The position numbers and the translations under genes were made by a program. A DNA stretch of 64,000 bases, taken from assembly GCA_011109175.1 (NCBI GenBank), contig RDEW01000056.1:1-64000 (forward strand). Direction: 5' to 3'. Shown here piece after piece: positions 50,548 through 60,308 of the stretch. A model generated the notes under the pieces. It had not been told where the DNA came from. It saw only the letters and a list, made by a program, of their open reading frames with translations, and did no database searches. This stretch comes from Dicyema japonicum (Eukaryota; Animalia; Dicyemida). Position 1 is the stretch's first letter. Every line of letters starts with the position of its first letter.

Positions 50548-50600
50548 GCCAACATGGCCGAGTGTCTAAGGCGGCAGCTTCAGGTGCTGTTCTCGCAAGA
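50548..50600 (+). pseudogene. 3'-truncated tRNA-Leu(CAG): acceptor 5' strand, D arm, anticodon arm, variable arm; no T arm
   Basis: GCCAACATGGCCGAGTGTCTAAGGC-GGCAGC-TTCAGGT-GCTGT-TCTCGCAAGA closely follows eukaryotic type II tRNA-Leu. Confidence 0.8.
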
Positions 50601-52620
50601 ACGATTTAACATTAGAGACTGACTTTTCCGAATTCATCTCCAAGCCGGCAACATGAAAGAAATCGCGTACAACTTTCATCATATTAATAACAGTATCTTC
50701 TTTTATTTCAAATATATTTAGATCATCAATGAAAAACAAATGATTGGTAAAATAAGTCATAGTAATAGGATCCTCCTGATTAATTTGGAGTCTTGGGAAC
50801 ATAGAGTTAAGGATCCTGCTAAAAGGTTCCATTACTATAACAAATAGTTGAGGGGATAATGAATCTCCTTACAGAATTTCACGTCCCAGCTTTACAGAAC
50901 CAACTCTTCTTTCATCTAAGTGGAGATTTACAGTCCACTTCTTGAATATGGTCTTTACAAAGTTAACAATCCAATGAAGTATTCCTAGACAGTCCAATAG
51001 ATGAAATAAAAATTCATTGTCAACAGAATCGAAGGCCTTCTTCACAGCCACACAAGCAGACTAAAGGGCGTTTCCATACTCCTTATTTAAGCATTGATTA
51101 ATAAGAACCTGTTCCTCAGCACCCTGACAATGTTTCCTCGTTCCCAGCTGATTGTCAGATAATAGCCCAAACGAATCGACAAAATCTGAGAGTTTGGCAT
51201 TAACACATTTGGTAATAAGTTTATATAATGTTGGCATACACGTATAGGACGTAAGTCTTTAGGAGTCTCACAATCATCCTTTTTAGGAATTAAATAGGTT
51301 ATTCCAGTATAAAACCAACTTTCAGGCATATATTCCCCATTAATAATTCGGTTAATCTCAGTACATAAAAAGCCATGTAAAGATTCCATTTTCTTAATAA
51401 AGAAGTTATATGAGCCATCGCATCCACACGCCTTCCAATCGGGGAGCCATTTAATAACATCCAGGATAAACTCATTTGTGAACTCTGGCAACATGCCTTC
51501 AATACCAGTATTTACTTTACCCACACTGTCATATGGCACGTTCATCTCTTTTCTTTTAGACCACACTTTTTCCCAAAACGACATACAATCCTCATCATCG
51601 AAACCATATAACGTTACTTCATTGCTTGCTGATAGGTTCCGATAAAATCTTCTTCGATTTAATTCAAAACAACAGTTGTCCTTGCGAAAGTCCTTCCTCG
51701 AATGATGTACAGCTATTTGCTTCTTCTTAATTCTTACAAGGTCACATAGTAGAGCCTCAATCCTGGCAACCTCCCCTTTTTGGCCCTTTTGTATCCATAG
51801 GCACAAAGAACATCCATAACCTTTTGTTTTTCATACACAGGGAGAGCTTGTCTGGAAAAGCGATTGACAAGTTCTAGTTCTGCCATCAGCTTTGAGATTT
51901 TCTTTTCAGTGTTCCCCAACCACGTACTTTGCGGTTTAACCTTCGCAGTTAAAGTCATATAAGCACACTGTGCAGCATATGAATTATCAGAAATTTGATT
52001 GATATCTTGAGGCGGATTATCTTTCGTAATATAATATATTGCAGAATTTAGTCCCGACAAAACATTAACTCTGACATACTTTCTCTGAATTTTGGGTGTT
52101 GGTTTTCGAGTATCCCTCGGAATTGACTTAATTTTCTCAATTTGTTCTTTTAGTTCCTCAAGGCAATTTCTGAAGGTGGAAATTTCCACATTAGTATTAT
52201 TTTGCACTTTGAAACATTCGCCTCCTTTTACATTGTTATTCCGATTTTCAGGTTTCAGCATCTTTTATAGCTGACATAGACTGGAACTCTTGGAGTACTT
52301 TTCATTGAACTTTTTAAGTACGAGGTTCCAGCCACCTCTAGGTATCCTTCCAAATCTTTGTTTCGTGGCAAGAAAAATTTTAGATACCCACTCAGCTTCA
52401 GAGACACAGTGGACCTCTTCAATAATGGCAGATAGTGAATGCAAGTTGGTTTTGGCACCAATATTCCCAACGATGTTGATATTAGTTCTTGTGACAATAT
52501 CCAGCCCCACAGACGACGGTCTGCTTATACTATCTTCTTTATTTGATTTTGCAGGAAGGCCCATAGGATTCGATTTCTCGGTATGATTAGAAACGGACAT
52601 GCACAACCCAACAACAACAA
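50601..52620 (-). mobile_element. R4/Dong-like RLE non-LTR retrotransposon, 5' half (N-terminus to RT YxDD region)
   Basis: FELNRRRFYRNL, FWEKVW, WLPDWKACGCDG, FYTGITYLIPK, DLRPI, KKAFDSV, TNHLFFIDDL, GLEMNSEKS. Confidence 0.88.
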
Positions 52621-52685
52621 AAATTATTAAGTGTATTTTTATATTATATCATTATTTTTACTTTATTATATTTACTGTATATTAT

Positions 52686-54110
52686 ATCTGCAACAAACGT
52701 TAAGTCCTTGTCCGAGAAAGCTCGTTTCCTTGATAGATTGGATGGATACCGAAGTATCTTGAAGATAAGAACAGTAATGTTCTTAAAGGAGAAATTATGC
52801 ATAAAATCTATGAAGAAGCATCTAACGGATCAAAAATTTGACAATTTAAACGCAGTAAACCTGTTTAAAGGGATGAACGAGTATGCACTTTCACTCTATA
52901 ACTACATTGGATTGATTGATATCGAGCCGTCAGAATTTGAACAGATCGATAAAAACATCCGCAGAATTCTTATGGATAGCCACATACACTTGCAACAGGC
53001 AAACAAAGAAAGACAGAAATAAATTTGGAAGAGGCCTTGAGTCTGTCAGTAACAAAGGCAAATTACTGCCAAAAAAGAGCGGAAATACTACGGGTCATTA
53101 ATTTAAAGAAAGCACACATGGCCACTATCGCAGAATTCATTTCCCCAAAGTACAATATTGAAAATGTGACTTGACAATGTCGAAATTGATGGAAATATAG
53201 CATGAATATCTATTGGGAAAAATTGAGAAGAAATCGCTGCACTCTATTTTATTTCAGTGTTTGAAAGACACAGATGAGAATTTTGCTGAATCCTCTGGAT
53301 GGCTAGTGCAAATCACTCCCCTATAACCGAGGAAAGGCTGTGTCTACTTCAGGATCGTAACATATTTTTTGATAATGGAGAAACTAAGTGCGGACATTGT
53401 AACTCAGCAAAAAAGACAGTCGATCACCTTGCAACTAGGTGTGGGAGAATGCTGAATAACTCATATCTCAGGCGGCATAGTGAAGTTGTCAGACGTTTAT
53501 ACCTACATCTCTGCCGTCAATATGGAATAAGAAAAACTAAGAAACTGAAGACCCATTCAGTACAATCTGTTGTCGCAAATGAATTTGTGGAGATTCTTTT
53601 AGACACGACGATCAGTACGGATGTTACGAATAACAAACTCGACATTTTCGTTTATGATAAGAAAAAAATGCGATTACTCTCGTTGAAATTGGGATCACTT
53701 CGCATAACTGCATCAAGCAGATCGAGGTAGAAAAGTTCCACAAGTATGACCTACTGACGAACGAACTTGAGATTATCCATCGAGCAAAGGTGAAAATAAT
53801 CCCTGTGGTCATCACTTGGGTTGGATTTGTCTCAGATTCTTCAAAGGCCACCTGGATGCCTTCAAGGTGGAGGAGAGGATCAAAGCTAATATAAAGACGC
53901 TAGTGTTACGGAAGACTTTGGAGAGTATGCAAGCTGAGGAGAGGCATGGAGTACCGATGCCTGTTGATGAGGAAGATGGCATAAAATGTCAACCTAGGGT
54001 AGTCTTTGAATGTGGGGTATGCAGCGACGTGAACACGCCTAGCAATAGGGAATGGCCTCAAAAAGAGAAGATTGAGTTAGACGGGAGTTAAAAATAATTA
54101 CTTTTATTTA
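52686..54110 (+). mobile_element. R4/Dong-like retrotransposon, 3' half (post-RT, CCHC, RLE)
   Basis: NAVNLFKGMNEYALS, CGHC..TVDHLATRC, RRHSEVV, DIFVYDKK..EIGIT..EVEKFHKYDLL. Confidence 0.88.
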
Positions 54111-54160
54111 CTGATTGAATTTTTATTTTCAATTTTACTAAAAGATATTGGATTTTTTGC

Positions 54161-54897
54161 TTGAGCTGGTGACGTGGCTCTGCTACACATGTTTAAAACA
54201 CTCATTATACAATCGAGAACTCAGGCTAATTACATTTAACGTATGTGGAATATCGAAAGATTGGACAAGGAAAGTACTTTGTGACGTCTTGAGAAATACA
54301 AAATATCTATTGGCTGTATACAATAGACGAAAATCGAAAAAGGACGCGATGAAACATGGAACAATTACCGACTGATTCTTTTCCCGACTGAATGCAAGCA
54401 CTACGGCATGGGATTTTCCTTACACGTGGATTACCTTAAAAACTACACCGCTCTACTAGAATACTTCTCTCATCACTTGTCCCTCTACTTTGTTGCGTGA
54501 GATATGAATGAAAAGGCTGGAATGTAAATGGGACCCGAAGAATCCTCTATTGGAAGACACGGGTGCGGAAGGAGAAATGCATTTGGAGCCTCTCTGGTGA
54601 ACTAGCCACTGGAAAGGATTTCCAGAGAATGTGATACAGACATCCAATTTGGAAGAACAGATAACATCATTATATGCTTAATTATTTCTGTAAACTTTAT
54701 CCAGGAAGAATTTATGAAGAAGACATCTTGTGCAAGAGAGGCACGTCACCACCTCATCTAATATCTGAGGGCGGTTGTGAAGAACAGGGGAGGATGGAAA
54801 CGAGTTACAGCGCGTATTCTGAGATTGATGGCGAAAGTGGAATCTCAAATTAATTAACTTTTCTGGTTACGCGAACATTGTTATTAATAATAATAAC
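54161..54897 (+). mobile_element. Internally deleted RTE-like element with both termini
   Basis: 5' motif TTGAGCTGGTGACGT shared with the RTE at 23465. LITFNVCG..GDMNEKAG..IGRHG then C-terminal GGWKRV; (TAA)n tail. Confidence 0.75.
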
Positions 54898-55009
54898 TCT
54901 ATCCAGCCCCACGGTTATCCTGCGTTCAAACAACTCTATTGCATTTATATCTGTAGGAACGCCCCTGAATCCAATTCTTTCATTGTAGAAGAAACATACA
55001 TGGACTCCA

Positions 55010-55160
55010 CCACAATAAATAATAAACAAAATTAAAGTATTTCAAAGACTAAAACCAAACTAACTAATTCCATGATCCTGACTAGTTCCAGCAGAACTCT
55101 CACACAAGCAGAGATTAAAAGGTCCTAGGAGCTGAGGTCAATTCCATAACTTAGTCGCAG
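55010..55160 (-). mobile_element. Vingi-like 3' end fragment
   Basis: CCAAACTAACTAA..GATCCTGACT..TTCCAG shared with 620-665 and 35715-35760. Confidence 0.5.
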
Positions 55161-55449
55161 GGAAAATAAATTGTATAATTAAAAAAAACGTCGGAAAACC
55201 AATAATTAATAATCCTTCTGTTTTCTGAAGCATACGATGTCAAATTTTATTAAATGGAGCTCAAACATAGATATACTCCATTCTTAATTTTAAAACTCCA
55301 GAGTCAGTATTTACTCACATTTGGAGTTATCAGTTGATTATTATTGTAATAGAGCTACGTTGATTTGAATGTGGGAGTAACGAATGGCCAATTATTATAT
55401 TTAATCCACATAAAAGTTACGGTAAAAACTGATCTCTCATCCAGATACA

Positions 55450-57437
55450 GCAAAAATTTCTAAAAATACATCTGCTCTCATCTGAAGGACCAACAGTAAT
55501 TTCGTGGGATCGCACAAAGAAATAATAAACGAAGCAGCAAGCCAGTACCTCGGCACGCGGGAGATAACCAGTATGGGTCGGACGATACATACAGAACTAG
55601 CAAAGGAGTTAGCAAAAGAGTTAAAAGAAATCCATACAAAAAAAGCTAAACGAAAAAGACTATAACAAGAGAAAAGCTCTTCAGGGGCAGAGGGACCAAA
55701 TCCATAGAAAAATCAGGACTGAACAAGACACTCACCAAGAAGAACTGCTTCTCAAAATCAATGAAGTAACCAAACTAAATGATAATTCACAAATGTATAT
55801 GGCCGTTCATTTACTACGCCACACAAACCAGAAAGAACGAATAATCATCAAAGACAAAAATGGCAAGACAATACTGAATAATGAAGAGCGAGCGGAGGCA
55901 ATTGCAATACATTTTGAGAAACTTTTTAATGTGACTACAGCAATCCCTTCATTCAAAAAAAGCCAAGACCTTGAAAGAACCAATTACAATTTTGGTAGTA
56001 AAAACAGCATGTCAAAAACTAAAAAATAACAGAAGTCCCGGACCAGATACGATAAACCCAGAATTACTGAAATACGGCCCTGACCCCCTTTTTGAAAAAA
56101 TCGCTACACTACTAAATGAAATGTTTTCAACTAACTCAACTTTACCTCTGGGAACGGGATTACTAATACCTATACAAAAACCCAATAAACCCAAAGGACC
56201 GGTTGAAAACTTACGACCTATTATATTATCAAATTCTCTACGGAAAGTCTTAGCTAACATTGTATTGGAACGAATAAATGGACCCGCCTATGAATACCTA
56301 CCCAAAAGTCAAAGTGGGTTCAGAGAAGCAAGATCAACAGCTGATGCAGTCTGGAGTCACAGATGGAGATGTGCAACGCATCAAAGATGTTGCAATGCCA
56401 TCCACATTCTGGAAATAGATCTCTAAAAAGCCTTTGACTCAGTTAACAAGAAAATTGACGACAGTGCTGGAAGGGTTTATTGACGAATCGAGTCTAAGAA
56501 TGATCCAAATCCTTCTATCTAACACAGAGCTCCTTGTAAGAGTTGGAAAAACCTACTCAAGAAAATTTGAAACAAATACAGGCACTCCTCAAGGAGACTC
56601 TCTCTCCGCTACTATTCACAATATACTTGGAGGCTGCTATGAGGGAACTGAGACCATTATACCAAGGAAAAATAGAAGTGAATGATGATGATGTCGACCT
56701 AATTACCGAAGACAAAGAACTCCTGGAACATGTACTAGAAAAAGCACCAGATATACTTATGAAATGGTTTATCATCGTGAAAGGGAAAAAAACTTGGCTC
56801 CCTGCTAGGAGAGAGTGAAAATATCATACGGAGAAAAACCATTGCAAACTTCGGCATTGCACAGGATGAAAAACCTATGACTTAAACGGAAAGGGAATAG
56901 CATAAAACAAAGGATAATGTTATACGACACCTTTAGCAAACCAATGCTCCTATATATGTCTGGGACCTGGGCCACCTCAAAAAAAAATTGGAGAGGCTAG
57001 ACTCGTTTCACAGGAATCATCTAAGAAACATAACTGGAATGTCCTGTCAAACCAAGATCTCGCAGAAAGGACTGTACAATAAGTGTGACTGTACACCAAT
57101 AAGTCTCGAGATCATTAGCTCACGTTGGAGTCTCTTTGAATACGTCCTGAAGTTGGACTCGACACCTCCGCGAATATTGCCATGGAAGATTACTACTCTT
57201 CCCATGTAAACGCTTTCGTGAAAGACCAAGAACAACCAATCCCGGGTCGTTTTACAAGGCGATCTGAAAGCCGTAAAGCAAACATTGGCATCTACTGACG
57301 ACGACCTGGACAAACTGAGGGATCTGGCTAAGAACAAGAGAAAAGCCTGGAAAAGCTAACTCTTTTCTCTTATATTTTTGCTGCACATGCGGGGCTATAA
57401 ATATTATGGCTCTCGTGAAAGTGCTAATAATAATAAA
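55450..57437 (+). mobile_element. RTE-like LINE, 5'-truncated, frameshifted
   Basis: NNRSPGPDTINPELLKYG, NLRPIIL, QSGFRE.RST, PQGDSLS, RWSLF; AGTGCTAATAATAAT tail. Confidence 0.9.
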
Positions 57438-57879
57438 AGTTAATTCAATACAAATTAAGTAGATTAATCATATTTCCTAAAATATCTTTGAACTCGTAGA
57501 AAAAACTGGTAAATAAACAAGTAAAATCCAATTAAAAACAAGTAAACACGAGAATATTAGTTATGGTATTTAAAATCAATAAAAATAACCGTTAATGGTT
57601 TAAAATTTGTGAATGCCCCTCACTGTCGACAATAATAATTTAACCTCGAAACTACAAGAAAATTAGAGTTATCTGTGTTCATACCAGACTTTCTCCATAT
57701 TCCCTATGTAGTCAAGTTACTAACTTGTAGGAGACCAATGGTTATTAAATGCCGATCGCTCCATAGATCGGTATGGAAGTAAATTCCATCGACACAGTTT
57801 TATGGTTGAATTTAGTAAAATTATATTAAAATTGAAAATTCTAAATAAAAATTAAAAAAATAATAATCTTAAATAAGAA

Positions 57880-58598
57880 ATGTCTAGTACTTCTAGTAGA
57901 GAGGAACACAGAATTCGAGCAAAGCTCTGTGAACGCGCAGATTGTTATGAGCAGATGGTAGAGGAAGTGAAGAAGATGTATGAATGTGACCCAACAACAC
58001 AGCTAACTTCCGTTGAAAGGAATCTATTCTCTGCGGCATTCAAGAATGTTGTTGGCGCTCGCAGATTTGCTCACCGAGCCCTGGCCGATCACAAGCCTGA
58101 TATGGGGGAGAACGAAGAATTTTCTAAATCAGTTAACCAGTCAATCCGGGAGGCTCAGGGGCGGGAGATAATCTCTCTCTGTGACGAAGTAATCGGCATA
58201 GTGAAGCAACTACTCTTGAATCCCTCACTTTCCACGGAGTCTAAGGTTTTCTACTATAAAATGTGTGGGGACTACAACCGCTACAAGGCGGAGATCGATC
58301 CTCCAAATAAAGCAGGTCACTGGGGGACTTATTTTCAGAAATTATAGAAACCGCCGACGAGGCATATAGAACAGCATTGGAGAATTCTGCGGTATTGCCA
58401 CGTGGTTGTCTCATAAAGATGGGATTCCTGTTGAATTATTCTGTGTTTCTGTATGAAATGTGTGCAAAATCTGGAGAGGCTATATCCGTGGCGAACCAGG
58501 CCTTGCAAGAGTTAGGGGCCGGACAGTTTGAGGAGACTGATGAACTGAATTTGATAACTCAACTTTTTCATGACAATTTATCAGTACACGTGGGGTAA
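57880..58598 (+). CDS. 14-3-3: Divergent 14-3-3 protein
   Basis: ERNLFSAAFKNVVGARR, KVFYYKMCGDYNRY, LNYSVFLYE, LITQLFHDNL. A single 23-nt intron 58316-58338 joins the two ORFs in frame (NKA-E-IIETADEAY). Confidence 0.95.
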
Positions 58599-59059
58599 TT
58601 TGTAGTTGTGGAAATCTGGGAATGCTGAGGAGTAGTAGTTAAATTCTTTTATGTTTTATTACTGGCTTTGTTTGGCTTATCACTATTGGTGGATGATTTG
58701 GTACTTTTTGTTAGTTTATGTTGTAAGGGGGTTTTGTAGATTCTGTTAATTCTATATGAGTAGTTGAACTGATTTGTGTTAGATCGTGGCATTTTAGCGG
58801 ATATTTTTAAGGAAGTGTCATTTATTGGTAGAGGTGGGTTTTGGAACCATATAACGTTTTGGTGGGTTGAATTATAGCTTTTTAAGGACTTGTTTTAGTT
58901 CATGAGTGAATAATTAGTGAAGAATAAGATCATTTAATAATCTTTAATCTACGTAATGGTTTGTAATACTTAGGTTTTATATTGAAAAGAGATATTACAA
59001 TTTTATTGACTTATTGCATAATTGACACACACTATTTTGTTTACACGAGAGCCATTCGA

Positions 59060-59420
59060 AGAATCGGTGATAATTATTATTACCCCAGGATCACTGGGTC
59101 GAAGAGAAAGAAATAAAAGTTCGTGATAACAAAATACTACATCGGCTCCTAATTAACCAATCACAAAACATACCTGCCTCGTCTATGATGTGGGCACCAC
59201 CATTCTATGCCGACATAACTGGATGATGTAAAAGATTACCTCTATTCATTTGGAACCTCTCCGGGTTGGTAGTAAATCAAATGTTTGAATGTTCTGAATT
59301 AGCACACTGTTCTTCTACAATGCCAAGACTGATTGATTTATGGGAGCGACCGAATTGCATCATACTTAATAGTTGGTGGTTTCCTACGAGTAAATGAGAC
59401 TAGGATTACATAACTAACAA
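59060..59420. mobile_element. Two Vingi-like 3' fragments (59060-59135 minus, 59140-59420 plus)
   Basis: GGATCACTGGGTC..GAGAAAGAAATAAAAGTTC matches the 13560-13600/43990 end; CTCGTCTATGATGTGGGCACCACC matches 12320-12345. Confidence 0.6.
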
Positions 59421-59857
59421 TAAATATGACATTATTGCTAGTATTATGAGTACTTACTGTTTTTTACATGTGTGCATAATAATGAACACTGACAATAGGG
59501 ATGACAATTCTGTAAGTGGTTACTCTTACATCACATTCTATTAAGGGTCATCCTATACTCTGTGGAAAAAAAGAAAATCGTTTGGAATCTTTGATCATTT
59601 GACATTCACATTGTATGAAATGTCACAGTAGAATTCATCTCATTCATTGATAAGTCCAAATGGTGGGTCTTGTTCACAGTACAGCTTATAATGATGTTAG
59701 TAACGAGGTTGCAAGGGAATATCTTGATGTTTCTCAATAATTCTTAAATAGCTCAATTAGGAAATGTTAAAGAATTTGTGCGGTTATATATTTTGATTGT
59801 AAAATAATTTAACCAAATAGACAAGCATGCTTACCTTTTATTAGATAATATTTAAAA

Positions 59858-60185
59858 TCCCGGACGGAACCACTCTCTTCCCATGGGAAAGTAGTAAATA
59901 GCCTCTCTTCATCCAACCTTGCCACGACTAACCCAGGTTCTGCTTCCGAAAAGGCTGAAATCCTAAAGTTAAAGAACTGTCTTGGTGGAAGTTCATTTTT
60001 GAACCAGTCGCCGTGAAAACATCAGTAATCATAGGAAACAGGACACTGGTCCTGCTAAACATCGGCTCGCTCATCGCCAGGAAAAAATGATAGGAGAGTA
60101 AAAAGCTGGCTCATTGAGCGCATTTCCTTGCAAATCGTCAGGGGAAATGCGTTCTCAATCATGAGAGCAGCCAGCAGTTGTTAAC
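59858..60185 (+). mobile_element. CRE-clade C-terminal fragment
   Basis: PDGTTLFPW..EKAE...PVAVKTS..SWLIERISLQIVRGNAFSIMRAAS. Confidence 0.72.
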
Positions 60186-60239
60186 TGTTAGTTTTTGAGT
60201 TAAATAAAATTGATTTATTAAACAAATGTTTGAATTTTA

Positions 60240-60308
60240 GGGTGGCGGCATGCGGTTCACCTGTTGTTGTGGTGGCGCCCGGTGCAAGTTTTGCACTAAA
60301 GAGAACCG
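60240..60308 (+). ncRNA. Candidate HDV-like ribozyme at the element 5' terminus
   Basis: P1 60240-46/60274-80 (6/7 pairs), P2 CGGTTC/GAACCG, P3 ACC/GGT, GG, P4 TGCAA/TTGCA, J4/2 CTAA. L3 lacks CC and J4/2 is 3 nt long. Confidence 0.5.

Noticed and set aside
59858-60240. CRE fragments directly upstream of Vingi 5' ends in the same orientation (also at ~15400)
   Set aside because: Only two cases with unrelated spacers in a TE-dense region; coincidence is sufficient.
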